From Rhynchobatus australiae (Eukaryota), in contig JAUZTB010000033.1 of the NCBI GenBank assembly GCA_034780895.1, positions 49,669,173-49,733,172 on the forward strand: a DNA stretch of 64,000 bases, in the 5' to 3' direction. The notes under the pieces were generated by a model that had not been told where the DNA came from, did not search any database, and saw nothing but the letters and a program-made list of their open reading frames with translations. Within the stretch, counting starts at the first letter, position 1. Each line of letters starts with the position of its first letter. Below, piece after piece: positions 24,773-37,525 of this stretch. Made by a program: the position numbers and the translations under genes.

Positions 24773-24968
24773 GCACGGCTTCGAGGATATTCCTACTACC
24801 CTGGGCTTGGCAAGCATGTTCCGACTTCTTTGCTCGCAATTCAGGAAGCCGGAACATCCGGACGAAGCCCACGCATTCACGAAGAGAACGGACAAACTCT
24901 TTGTAGACGGTGGCGGAAATTGAACCTTGATTGTTGGAGCTGTAACTGCGCTGCGCTACCGTGCCGCC
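24773..24968 (-). mobile_element. V-SINE, degraded
   Basis: Reverse complement shows the tRNA-like head and V domain seen at 23570. Confidence 0.6.
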
Positions 24969-25071
24969 TCAAACACGTCAGTGGATCAGCGGAAGGCAAT
25001 CGATTTGGCAGCAAAAGCAGATGATATTCAGCCGATCTCTTCAGTGGGAAAATTCACTTTCACCGTAAACC

Positions 25072-25153
25072 CGCTACGAGCAGGGTTCGAACCTGCGCAG
25101 GGAAACCCCATTGGATTTCGGATCGAACGCCTTAACCACTCGGCCATCGCAGC
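25072..25153 (-). tRNA. tRNA-Ser(CGA), degenerate/probable pseudogene
   Basis: GCTGCGATGGCCGAGTGGTTAAGGCGTTCGATCCGAAATCCAATGGGGTTTCCCTGCGCAGGTTCGAACCCTGCTCGTAGCG (82 nt, long variable arm). It has a C:C mismatch in the anticodon stem and loop TC-CGA instead of CT-CGA (U33 lost). Confidence 0.88.
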
Positions 25154-25877
25154 TTCCCTCTGTTGTTTTCCTCGATTTCGATCCCTCTTCTTACAGCCAC
25201 GTCCAGCTGAATTTAATTTGCTGATTACTCTGAGGTTCCCCCTCTTCCATCACTGTTCAATAGTCTGGTATCTCCATCCATTATCACGGAATGTTAGTCG
25301 CCCTTCCACACTTCATGACATTTTCTACCCATTTCCGTCATTCAGCTGGTAAATGTTGTATCAGGATTCCTGTTTCAGGAAACGATTTGAGAATGTGCAT
25401 CCATTCAAAGATCGTAAGTGGAGTTTCATTAGAAAGGGGAAACACTGCAACTCAGTCTGAGAACGGGGAACGTCAGCAGCGACACATTGTTTGTTCTTTT
25501 CTCAATATTATTTTCATCCCTGCGGGAATTGAAATGATTCCTGAATTCTGCCGTCAATGTGCAGGAGGCGGCAGTATGTTGATGAGCTCTTCCCCGAAAT
25601 CCAGCGGCGCTGGAGAAGATTGACAGTGCGGCGCCCTCTGCGGGAGGAGAAACGCACGGGAGTCTCTTCCGGCAGACTCAGAAATGCTGCTGCGTCATCG
25701 GAAATTCGTGCCGAGCAATTGTTTGCAAATGTTATCCAGGAATCCGGTGCTGCAATAGGAGGGGGACTGTGGGACTGGTTTTGTTGCTTCGTCAGTGAAC
25801 GAATGAAGGGTACGGACGCGAGTCTGCATTTGACAAAATCCGATGTTTATCTCTATGCACCAAGGCGGGCACCGGTG

Positions 25878-25968
25878 GGCTCTGTAGCGCAATGGATAGT
25901 GTGTTGGACCTCTAATAATGTGTGACCAAGTAATTCTAAGGTTGTGGGTTCGAGTCCCACCAGAGTCG
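25878..25968 (+). tRNA. tRNA-Arg(TCT) with 18-nt intron (25915-25932), degenerate
   Basis: GGCTCTGTAGCGCAATGGATAGTGTGTTGGACCTCTA[ataatgtgtgaccaagta]ATTCTAAGGTTGTGGGTTCGAGTCCCACCAGAGTCG followed by TTTT. Vertebrate Arg-TCT body and canonical 37/38 intron, but with C33 and a T:T mismatch in the anticodon stem. Confidence 0.88.
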
Positions 25969-27596
25969 GCATTTTCTCCGAATTAGTTACAACGAAGTCA
26001 GAATTCGAGCGGGGGATGACGTTACCTGACGTTAAAAAATCTGGAAATTCAGGTCATGGTTTGAAATAATCGGCGCTTTCACTTAAACACGGAAAGGTGA
26101 ATATTTTCTCGTCGGGCGTCCGAGTCTGTGAAACTGTGGGGGAAAATTGTTGTGGGTACTGAGTCTGATTATTTCAAAAGCGTGGGAAATAAATACCTGA
26201 AAAAATTTACGGAGTTGTCTGGAACGCAGAATTAAACAGACAGTCTGAGTACCCGTGGCCTCATTAAATGACAGTGCATCTAGATGCTGTTCGGTCTTTC
26301 CGATAAGAACCGATGTTTATATGTGGGTGGATGTTTTATAGATTTGGTTCACTTCAGTTGACGCACATTCTTCAATTCCATTAATGTTGCAATTTTTTTA
26401 CCACCCTTTGCATTCTGTCCGTTGTAATTGAAGCATCTTCTGAAGAAAAATCAACAAAATTGTCTTTTGTGGATCAGGAAATAATGTCACATTTTATCCG
26501 GAATCTGTCCCCTCACAACGTGCAAGTGCACAGTTTATGTGGCACCTCATCCCCGCGTAAACCCTGTTTCGAACTGGTAATCTTTATAACTTCTTCAAAT
26601 TAACAACTCGGACTCAGCAGGCAGTTTTTGGTGCGCTGCATCTGTTGATAATTGCAGAGAAGGCAACGGCGGGTACACGTTATTTAGTCTTAAAGACTTC
26701 ATGAANNNNNNNNNNNNNNNNNNNNNNNNNNNNNNNNNNNNNNNNNNNNNNNNNNNNNNNNNNNNNNNNNNNNNNNNNNNNNNNNNNNNNNNNNNNNNNN
26801 NNNNNAACGCCTTTCAGACAGCGGCGAGAGTTGAACCCGGGTCGCTGGCACTGCAATAGCGTTACGCGAACCTGCGCACGACCGTACCTTTTTTAAAGTA
26901 CATGCAATATTTTAGCAGCCACCAAAGTCAACACCATTTCAAGCTCTCACCTCTGAGGGAATGGTCGTCTCCTGTTTCGGCGCCCCGCACAAGTGTAGAA
27001 TGTCGAGGGAGGGGGGACCGGATTGAAATCTGTACCTAGGGAACCGTGAGGTCAGTGGTCTGGGTACTCTGACCCTGCAATTACACGATCCATTTACACA
27101 TCAATCCTGAGAGTAACAGCGAGCTTGTGCGATCCAAGTCAGGACATAAGGCAGTACTAGAATGTGTGCAGAATATACTTCAAGTGATTGATTGTTCTCA
27201 TGTTTGCGTGCCTTCGACTAGTGCACAACTGATTGCAAACTCTGCAATGCCACGTGGCCTGCTGATACTTCACTATCTGTCTGTCAGACTGTGTCTGTGA
27301 GAAGTCCGTGCTGACCCACTCGGATGTTGTGGGAAAGATCTGTAATTACGAAGGGGCGCGTGTAATTTATTGCACAGGAAGGGGGAGTGGTGAGCTATTG
27401 TGGTTGTCCAGTCCCTAACCAGGTGAGAGGTGAAGGGTGGCACAGAAATGTCAATGTTATTTTTCTTGGTGCCGCGCCACTTTTTAAAGAGATTCAACTT
27501 TTATTATTTTTAATTATAATGTTTAATTATTTAGTAGCACGAAGAAACGACTAAGTTCTCCAAGAAAACTGATCAAACACTGCCCTCAGTGGTGCA

Positions 27597-27636
27597 CAGA
27601 CACATTGACACACAAATACACACAAACAGAAACACG

Positions 27637-27673
<37 letters not shown>

Positions 27674-27700
27674 GCACACACGCACACACACACACACATA
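27597..27700. repeat. Imperfect (CA)n microsatellite
   Basis: CA runs with interruptions. Confidence 0.9.
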
Positions 27701-27843
27701 CATGGGGAAATTAGAAGGTACAAAAGTTGTCAATTTTTAAATAGATTTGACAGAAATACTCTGAACCTGCAGCACAGATTTCCGTGGAGACTGGAGCAGA
27801 GAGAAAGTGGAAATAAAGTTTGCTGCTGGGGAGAGTTCACTTC

Positions 27844-28735
27844 TCAAATGTGTTTAATAAATTTTGCAGTTATACGAAACGGATCTGTTACCACCGTCCT
27901 CAATTGCTCCCTGAACTTTGTCTGTGTCACAGCATAAATGCACGTGTCTGAGCAGCAAATCAGAAGCTGGAGTATGAAACCTATATCAGTTACAAAGCCG
28001 GGGAGATAAATAATATCATACCACAACTTCCACAACCTGTTCCATGTGCAATCCATCGTAAACACGGACCATAACAGGATGAAATTTCCCGAGATGACAA
28101 ACAGCAGTATTATGGATTTCCTTCTGCTCTCCATCTCTCGGTCTCTCGGAATCTCCCCACTATTATGACCCCGGAGTCTCCTGCGGGATCTGCTCGCCAT
28201 TAAAATGTGTCTGACTGTTAAAGCGTTGAAGAGCAGAATCAACACAAACGGGACACACGGGGTGAGAATATAATGAAGAAACTCAACTGTGGCCCAGGAC
28301 ATTGACATCATTACACGAACATCCATATAACAAAACCACGGGGTATTCACGAACCCGTACCAAGGTGTGTACATAAAATACCAGAACATATTCTTTATAC
28401 TGCTCAGCCCAGTCACTGTTCCGTAGCTGCCGTCTTCTCGTTGGAATATCGAGATTTCAGCTTTTGGCAACATCTGGCTACAAATCGATCAAAGGTGAAC
28501 ATGACGGTGAACCAGACCGAACTGTCCGTGACGGCCTGAAGGAGGACGGCGTGGATATTACACGCGCGGGTGGACCTCAGAAAAATCATGTGATGAGCAA
28601 TCGAAATCTGTCTCAATATTACATCAAAGAGAACGACCAGTAGATCCGCCGTCGACATGGCCACCAGGTGGATGTCGACACATCTGGAGAGACCCCAGTT
28701 TCCCACAGACAGGACGGAAATCGTCAACAGGTTAA
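27844..28735 (-). pseudogene. GPR139-like GPCR exon 2 (copy E) with frameshift
   Basis: Acceptor tctgttcatag|tt gives NLLTISVLSVGNWGLSRCVDIHLVAMSTADLLVV...FTFDRFVARCCQKLKSRYSNEKTAA. A short deletion near 28425 shifts the frame into ORF 27844..28473 (GTVTGLSSIKN...RRKSIILLFVISGNFILLW...CCSDTCIYAVTQTKFREQL). Confidence 0.9.
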
Positions 28736-30021
28736 CTATGAACAGAACGAGAGAGAAGACAAAGTAACAGGTCAGAAGGTGTGCAGTGTCAGCATTCCTG
28801 GAATAAAGATCTTGACGAAACAAACCTCCCTTTGAGAAAATTAAACTGCAGTGCTGACCCGCAACATAGTGAAGAAGATATCATGTTCGCCCTTGTCCAG
28901 TCACACATTATATTACCTGCTCTCAAATCGAAAGCAAAACCAAAGGTTAACCCGTCCGTGGCAGTGCAGTTGTACGTTCTGCAGTTGCGGTCTGAAGACT
29001 TGAACCAAATGGGATGGGAAATTTTTGGGGATCTCTTGTGGCAACCACGAGCCTGACGTTGGTCTGAACCAAGTCACGTTGACACCTGATTTTAACTGGG
29101 GAAACGAGCACACGCATACACACAAGTTACCATTGGTGACTGTTCATTGTAAAGATGATGTCAGTCTTTTGGGTACGACCATAATTTCCGACAACTGTTG
29201 GAGATGTTATTGTACCTTTGTAGGTACCAGCAGCTCTCGCCTCCTGTGGATAATATAACTCTGATTGGACGTCTGACCCAATTGACATGGTGCCCTCCTA
29301 CATTAAAATGAGACCAGGTATCCATGACATGAAGCATGTTCGTATCAAAAAAGCGATGCAAGTTTCGAATAAAAAACAAAATTGCACGGAGATGGAGCTG
29401 AGGTTGGAATGGAGCCTTTTGCTGATTCGCAGTAGATCATTTCCCAGCTCTGCCGAGTCGGCCAGGCAGCCTGATATCTTCTAACATACAATTGGAAAAC
29501 AATCCAGGAAACAATAAAGAGAAAGGCAAGTCGAAAGCATCTGTAATGAGAACTGAAATCCAGTGATAACTGCACAGGACATCAGCTGCTTTAGAGCAGG
29601 AGATACATGTTCTACTGGTGCAAGGTGTGACCGGTACGGGATCAGGGTGACCATTTCCAATCATGCACTTCCCTTCTGAACCAGTCCACGCAGTCCACTT
29701 CCCTGTTCATGTCATGGTCAATGATCCATTGCACACACAAACACACCAGTCAAATCCGAAAAACAGGTCTCCACGCAAACATGTAGCCCGCCCCAACAAT
29801 GGCTGATATCCGTCCCATAAGCTGGCAATGGGAACAGAATATCGTGTCATTTTTTTCCTGTTAATTTGCCCCATCAGGGCAAAAACCTGCGGCGTGTTAA
29901 CAGACCTGTACCACGAGTAAGTACTGGATGAATCGAATCTCCGTATAGTGGGACCAACGGGATATTACAGACGCAGAGTTGAAGGTAATTTATAGAACAA
30001 ACGGCTGATTTGCTAACTTAC

Positions 30022-30181
30022 TTGGGATCCCGAGGACATCCAGGATTGGATAGTATATCTTCTCGATATCATAAACGACATTAATGATCTCCACATGAAG
30101 GGACATCTTCCAGCTTTCGTGGAGATAATTGCAGACAATGTCGGAGGTAATTCTGTAGCGAAACATGGAAAGGTTTGCCAT
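30022..30181 (-). CDS. GPR139-like GPCR exon 1 of copy E
   Basis: 160 nt encoding MANLSMFRYRITSDIVCNYLHESWKMSLHVEIINVVYDIEKIYYPILDVLGIP + A, then gtaagt (phase 1). It joins exon 2 at 28735 across a gap-free 1.29 kb intron. The start could also be an internal Met. Confidence 0.8.
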
Positions 30182-30959
30182 ATTAATTGGAAAGGGTACC
30201 CTCAACAGTGGGACACTTAGAACTCATTAACCTGACGTCGTTCACGGTCACTGAACAAACAATTTCAAATTAATCCCTTTCAGCACGGAATATTTTTGAC
30301 ACAATCTAAAGTGACACCGGTAAACTGCCCTCTGACTTGAATAACATTGAGGTCAGCACATTGTCGAGTAATAATGTTCACGCCAACGTCTGTCTTCACC
30401 GCCTGTCATCTGGATTACCTCAAACTGTCTAACTCAATTGGCATCTCCGTTAGTATCTCGCTGCCAAATGCACGAAATTCATGATAAATCTGACACAAAT
30501 TTCTGCTCAGAAAATGTCCTTGTCAATCCACTGAAATTTCACCCGAAGTCCTAGACAACATCGTCGTTTCAAATGGGCCAATCAATGTATGAAACAATTA
30601 TCCTTTCATTTCGCTCTCACTTAATCTTTCAACTGGTTCTTTGATATTAATCTGGAAGACTCCCTTTAACATGGACAATGAGGAGAAGAATTTCTTCGTT
30701 CATGTTTCGTTAAAGATTAACGTTAAAGTGTACATGAATGGGACGGCACCACCTCACCGACTGACAAGATTCTGTCTGCTTCGATCTCTAACCCTTGTGT
30801 GGTCCATAGTAGAAACATTCGCTCTGCCGTCAAGGATGCGAAGATTGACCCAAAGTGTCACCGACCTTCCTGTCAGTCAGTCGTTGCCCTGCGACTCCTC
30901 CCTCAAAATAATCCAGGGCCCTGTACAGTTATGACAGATGGCGCAGATATGAACATTCA

Positions 30960-31390
30960 TCTCCTCCGACTTTGCGTATGACACCAGTATTCTCGATGTG
31001 GTCCCTTCTGCATCGGAAAGACCAAGCGCAGACCAGGCGACCGGCTTGACCAGCACATGCACTCCCTCCGCCATGGCCGACTGGAGCTCCCCATTGACTC
31101 CCCGTTCCCACTCCGATATGCGTGTCCTGGATCTCATGTATTGCCAAGTGGAGGCTAAATGCAAACTCGAGGAACATTTCATATGCTGCGCAGTTCGTCT
31201 ATAACCTGTTGCATCAACACTGGATTGTCCAGTCTCAGGTAACCTGCTCTCCCTTTGCCCCTTTTCTCTCTCCTCCCGATCTACCAAGTTCCTCCCACAC
31301 CTAACTCAGTCCCGATCATCCATGCTTTCCTCTCCTACCCCCACTCCATCTTCTATCACCCACGCACTCATTTGATTTGTTCGTCTCAGC
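30960..31390 (+). mobile_element. Penelope-like element fragment (GIY-YIG C-terminus)
   Basis: SHSDMRVLDLMYCQVEAKCKLEEHFI matches the Penelope SHSD.S..GLL.C..EA.RKLEEQHLIF motif. Paralogs at 32900-33533 and 33634-34430. Confidence 0.75.
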
Positions 31391-31967
31391 NNNNNNNNNN
31401 NNNNNNNNNNNNNNNNNNNNNNNNNNNNNNNNNNNNNNNNNNNNNNNNNNNNNNNNNNNNNNNNNNNNNNNNNNNNNNNNNNNNNNNNNNGTAATGAGAA
31501 CTGAAATCCGGTGATAACTGCACAGGACATCAGCTGCTTCAGAGCAAGAGATATATGTTCCACTGGTGTAAGGTATGACTGGTACTGGATCAGGGTGACC
31601 ATTTCCAATCACCCATTTCCCTAATGAACCGGTTCACGCAGTCCACTTCCCTGTCCATATCACGTTCAATGATCCAGTGCACACACAAACACACCAGTCA
31701 AACCCGAAAAACAGGTCTCCACGCAAACATGTAACCCGCCCCAACAATGGCTGATATCCGTCACTTAATCTGGCAATGGGAACAGAATATCGTGTCATTT
31801 TTTCTGTTAATTTGCCCGATCAGGGCAAGGAGCTGCAGCGTGTTAACAGACCTCGACCAAGAGTAGGTACTGAGTGAATTGAATCTCCGTATTGTGGGAC
31901 CAACGGGATATTGCAGACGCAGAGTTGAAGGTAATTTATAGAACAAGCGGCTGATTTACTAACTTCC

Positions 31968-32131
31968 ATGGGATCTCGAGGACATCCAGGATTGGATAGT
32001 ATATCTTCTATCGAGAAGATATAAATGACATCAATGATCTCCACATAAAGGGACATCTTCCAACTTTAGTGGAGATAATTGCCGTCAATGTCGGAGGTAA
32101 TTCTGCAGCGGAACATGGAAAGGTTTGCCTT
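31968..32131 (-). pseudogene. Dead duplicate of GPCR exon 1 (copy F)
   Basis: Paralog of 30022-30181 with ATG->AAG, an in-frame TAA (32068-32066), a 4-nt length change and donor GT->GG. Confidence 0.85.
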
Positions 32132-33633
32132 ATTTATTGGAAAGGGGACCCTCAACAGTGGGACACTTGGAACTCATTAACCTGACGTCGTTCATGGTCA
32201 CTGAACAAACAAATTCGAATTAATCCCTTTCAGCACGGAATATTTTTGACACAATCTAAAGTGACACCAGTAAACTGCCTTCTGACTTTAATAACATTGA
32301 GGTCATCACATGGTCGAGTAATAATGTTCAAGCCAACTTCTGTCTTCACCGCCTGTCATCTGGATTACCTCAAACTGCCGAACTCATTTGGCATCTCCGT
32401 TAGTATCTCGCTGCCAAATGCACGAAATTCATCACGAATCTGACACAAATTTCTGCTGAGAAAACGTCCTTGTCAATCCACTGAAATTTCACCCGAAGTC
32501 CCAGACAGCATCGGTGTTTCAAATGGGCGAACCAACGCATGAAGCAATTATCCTTTCATTTGGCTCTCACTTAATCTTTCAAATGCTTCTTTGATATTCA
32601 TCTGGAAGACTCCCTTTAACATGGACAATGAGGAGATTTTCTTCGTTCATGTTTCTTTGATGATTAACGTTAAAGTGTATATGAATGGGACGTCACCACC
32701 TCACTGACTGACGAGATTCTGTCTGCTTCGACCTCTAACCCTTGTGTGGTCCACAGCAGAAACTTCCGGTCTGCCGTCAAGGATGCGCAGGGCGACCCAA
32801 AGTGACACCGACTTTCCTGTCAATCAGTCGTTGCCCTGCACCTCCTCCCTCAACATAATCCAGGGCCCTGTACAGTGATGACAGCTGGCGCAGATGTGAA
32901 CATTCATCTCCTCCGACCGCATAATACACCAGCACTCTCGATGTGGTCCCTTCTGCATCGGAAAGACCAAGCGCAGACCAGGCGACCGGCTTGGCGAGCA
33001 CATGCGCTCCCTCCGCCATGGCCGACTGGAGCTCCTCATTGACTCCCCGTTCCCACTCCGATATGCGTATCCTGGGCCTCTTGTACTGCCAAGGGAGGAT
33101 GAATGAAAACGAGGAACACTTCATATTCTACGCAGGTAGTCCATAACCTGTTGCGTCAACACTGGATTGTCCAGTCTCACGTAACCTGGTCTACCTTTGC
33201 CCCTTTTCTCTCTTCTCCCGATCTACCTACTTCTTCCCACACCCAACGCAGTCCCGATCATCCATTCTTTCCTCTCCTACGCACACTCCATCTTCTATCA
33301 GCCACGCACTCATTTTATTAGCCTATAGTTCACATCAGCCTATAGTTCACATTTCTCCCTTATTTGCTCCAACTTCTCGATTCTCCAACTTCCTCTTCAA
33401 TCAGATTCCGTCATCTGCAGCCCTTTGTTTCCTCCACCTATCACATCTCAGCCTCTTTCGCTACTTCTACCTTTCCCTCCTCCATCTGTCTATCACCCCT
33501 TCACCTGGATCCACCTATCGCTTGCCCGCCCTGNNNNNNNNNNNNNNNNNNNNNNNNNNNNNNNNNNNNNNNNNNNNNNNNNNNNNNNNNNNNNNNNNNN
33601 NNNNNNNNNNNNNNNNNNNNNNNNNNNNNNNNN

Positions 33634-34430
33634 CTCCGACTTTGCGTATGACACCAGTATTCTCGATGTGGTCCCTTCTGCATCGGAAAGACCAAGCACA
33701 GACCAGGCGACCGGCTTGGCCAGCAAATGCACTCCCTTCACCATGGCCGACTGGAGCTCCCCATTGATTCCCCGTTCCCACTCCGATATGCGTGTCCTGG
33801 ACGTCATGTACTGCCAAGTGGAGGCGAAATGCAAACTCGAGGAACATTTCATATTCTGCGCAGTTCGTGTATCTCCTGTTGCATCACCACTGATTGTCCA
33901 GTCTCAGGTAACCTGCTCTCCCTTTGCCCCTTTTCTCACTCCTCCCGATCAACCCAGTTTCTCCCACACCCAAATCAGTCCCGATCATCCATTCTTTTCA
34001 CTCCTACCCCTCATTCCATCTTCCATCACCCACGCATTCATTTGATTTGTTCGCCTCAGCCTATAGTTCACATTTCTCCCTTATTTGCTTCCGATTCTCC
34101 AATTTCCCCTTCAATCACATCCCGTCATCTGCAGCCCTTTGTTTCCTCCACCTATCACATCTCAGCCTCTTTCGCTACTTCCACCTTTCCCTCCTCCATC
34201 TGTCTATCACCCCTTCACCTGGATCCACCTATCGCTTGCCTGTCTTGACACACCCCTTCCCCTCGTTATACTTACTGCCCGAGAATTCCAGTCCAGATGA
34301 AAGGTCTCAACCAGAATCGCCAACTGTTCATTTCCCGCCACACATACAGCCTGACGCGCCAAGTCTTTCCAGAAATGTGTTTGTTCTTTGCTCCAGATTC
34401 CACCATCTACCGTCTCTTGCACCTCATTTC
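33634..34430 (+). mobile_element. Penelope-like element fragment with pyrimidine-rich 3' region
   Basis: SHSDMRVLDVMYCQVEAKCKLEEHFIF followed by a C/T-rich terminal region. Confidence 0.7.
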
Positions 34431-36109
34431 TAGATGACCGGCCCCGTGTCTTTCGATTATGTCTACTCGTTGGAGGCACTCTCACAGAGAAAACTTCTAC
34501 CCTGTCATATCTCCTGTTTCTCACACGTTTCTGGAAAATCAACCCTCTTGTGAATTCCGAAGATCATGACCAGATTTATTTATCTTCTCTTTATGGGACG
34601 ACACAGACATAACAAGGCGAAGGAAAGAAGAGAGAGGAATAAGATCCCGATCATCCCACATCGTCTGTCGACGTTCGTTCCATTCCCACTCCACCAAAAC
34701 TGGTGACAAATCCTTATTGTCAACTTGTGCTCTCACAAAGCGCAAACCGGACTGGGGATTGCGCTACGGTGAGAATAGTTGACCTCTCAAACTTCCTTCA
34801 GTAAAACGTTCAATTATGCTGAAAATCGTAAGTCGAACCCGTTATCCCACGACGGGTATGGGATTCCAGCCCCTGCCTGCAACGCACACTCAAACGTCGT
34901 CTCGTTTGTGACGGCCTTTTAGTTAGTTTCCAGCTCGTGCCGTCTGCTTTAATTTTTCACCCGTTTTTTGTTTTGTGTTCCCTCTTTGCTTTCCTCTGGC
35001 AGTTTCTTGGACATCTCTTTCTGATTCCGTGCACTCTCCTAATCCNNNNNNNNNNNNNNNNNNNNNNNNNNNNNNNNNNNNNNNNNNNNNNNNNNNNNNN
35101 NNNNNNNNNNNNNNNNNNNNNNNNNNNNNNNNNNNNNNNNNNNNNNNNNNNNNNNNNNNNNNNNNNNNNNNNNNNNNNNNNNNNNNNNNNNNNNNNNNNN
35201 NNNNNNNNNNNNNNNNNNNNNNNNNNNNNNNNNNNNNNNNNNNNNNNNNNNNNNNNNNNNNNNNNNNACCACAGAGATGCCAGTCCCTCATTCGTCGTTT
35301 CATTTTGTCAAATTGATTTTCCTAGTTTCAGGCAAAACCGTATCATATCCACTTCAGAGAACCTTCGTCATTCGTTCCTGGAGAACATTTTGCAAACGGG
35401 GTATTTATTAACATTTTCCTGTTTAAACAGCGTGTTGTGGAGGTTGCTCCTCACAAACTCATCTGGAATACATCCCAGGAAGTCATTCTCTCCGTGATTG
35501 GTACTAATTTGTTTCACCCAGATATCATGTCTGTATGACCGTCAGAGAGAAAATGCGGGAAATCAACTGATTGAACGTTCGCGCCAAAGCACACTGTGAA
35601 AACTGTGTCTTCACCCTCCTTCCTGTACTTTACTGAATGTAGAGAGGCAATAATCATCAATTCAATGCTCGTTTATTTTCCTTCGTTAAAGCAGAAGTGT
35701 TTGCTTGAATAGGAGATTTGATACTGGAATAAAATAATGCAGTGTTTTAAATCAGTTGCAAGGAAAAAGAATCTTGTTCACAACCCAAAAGAGGAAGAAA
35801 CGACTGGCACCGAATCTCCTGTGTTCCAATTGGACTGCGTCAAGAGAGCGACGTTGTTCCATTCTCTTACTTGGAAAAGGTGAGATTCAGCCGCCTCCAC
35901 CTTCTTTCTTCTTTCAATGAATCTTTCAGTCACGAGGAGGTTCCGATCCCAGGTTCCAGATAAATCTTGAGCACGGAGGGGAAAGGGATCGGTTGTGTAA
36001 TTTCTTCTCCGCTTTCTGAGCACTTCGACCGAAAGGTCTTTCGGTGCATTTTTCTCGGGTGTGTCATTCTTCCGAGGCAAAGAAATTACACAAGGGAGGT
36101 CGCGTTCCA

Positions 36110-36680
36110 AACAGAGCTCCAGTATATGGAACAGTAGAGCACAAGAACAGGCACTTCGGCCCAGAATGTTGTGCTGCACTAATTAAAATAGTCATCCAAT
36201 GCCCGACTAACTTTAGCACTTCTGCTCACACAATATCCATCTCCTTCCATACCCCGCACATTCCTGTGCTCAGCTGCAAGCTCTTGAACGTCCCTGTCGT
36301 ATTTAACTGCACCATCACGCTTGGAAACTCATTTCATACCCCCATCGCTCTCTAAGAAACTTGCGCCGCAAATGTACTTTGAGCTTAACCGCTTCTCACT
36401 TTAAATACATGCCTTCCGGTATTAGACACTTCAACCCTGGAAAAGATATACTCTTTGTCTCTCCCATCTGTGCCTCTTGTAAACCGCTATCAGATCTCCT
36501 GTCGGCATCCGCCGGTCCAGTGTATACAACCCAAGTTCATCCTACCTGTCCGCACAGCACATGCTCTCTAATCCAGGCAGCAGCCTGGTAAACCTCTTCG
36601 ACACCCTCTCCAAAGCACCTAGATCCTGAGGCATTCAGAACTGAATGCAATTCTACACGTGCCGCCTACCAGAGTCCTGT
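36110..36680 (-). mobile_element. CR1-type LINE 3' end
   Basis: Reverse-strand RT tail and 3' UTR typical of the CR1 copies in this window. Confidence 0.6.
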
Positions 36681-37039
36681 CAAAATATTCCCACATTTCT
36701 GATCATGTAATTGCTAACTGAGGCGCCATATATCTCTTTCCAGGCCCGAAGCTATCCATTATGAATGTGCTTTCACATATAACTTCGCTGGCCTTCCGGA
36801 GTTCAGAGTTCTCTCCTCTTCACGTCTGTTGGTCTCCGACCTCGGGAGGTGTCCTTTCCTTCTTGTTCCCCTGGATGGAACCTTCAGTTGGACTTCACTA
36901 GCAGACTGGCTGCTGTCGAGGTAAAGCACTGCTGACCACCAGGTGGAGATATCGCTGACCACTGGACGGGATTAAAGTTGATCATCAGAAGGATTTATCG
37001 CTGATCACCAGACGAGGCTGTGGCTGACAACTCGGAGTT

Positions 37040-37525
37040 AAGATTACTGGAGAGAATGTGCTGGGAAAGTTAAATGGACTAAAAACTGATAAGTCTCCGG
37101 ACCTCATGAGGTGCATCCTCGGGTTCTGAAAAACGTGGCTTTTGAAATAGCGGAGGCATTGGTGATAATTTTCCAGGAATCGATAGACTCGGGCATAGTT
37201 CCGGAGGATTGGAGGATCGCAAACTAAGTTCCGCTATATACAAGAGGTAGAAGACAGCAGAAAGGAAATTGCAGACCTATTAGTCTGACATCGGTGGTGG
37301 GAAAGTTATTAGAATCAATCCTCAAGGATGAAACTATGGAATACCTGGAGGTGCGTGACAAGATAGGTCCAAGCAAACATGGTTTAGTGAAAGGAAGATC
37401 CTCCCTGACTAATGTGTGCGGCACCTTGTCGAATGCCTTTTGAAAGTCTGAATACACTTCTACCCCCACTCCCTTATCCACCCTGTTTTTTTTTGAAGTT
37501 TTTTGAAGAAATCTCAGACAGGGTG
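37040..37525 (+). mobile_element. CR1-type LINE RT fragment with an internal inverted piece
   Basis: VHPRVLKNVA.EI.EAL..IFQESIDSGIVPEDWRIAN...RPISLTSVVGKLLES...KHGLVKGRSSLT. Segment 37414-37486 is the inverted continuation (RVDKGVGVEVYSDFQKAFDKVPH). Confidence 0.85.

Larger units (their letters stand above)
29543..33533. repeat. Tandem segmental duplication (unit about 1.95 kb: 29543-31390 and 31491-33533; partial third copy 33634-34250)
   Basis: gtaatgagaactgaaatcc at 29543 and 31491, then colinear similarity through exon 1, its upstream region and a Penelope fragment. Confidence 0.9.

Noticed and set aside
24589-25024. ORFs with CVCVCV/THTHTH runs or long X runs (also 27551-27937, 34923-35497, 58412-58864)
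   Set aside because: They are artefacts of microsatellites and N gaps.
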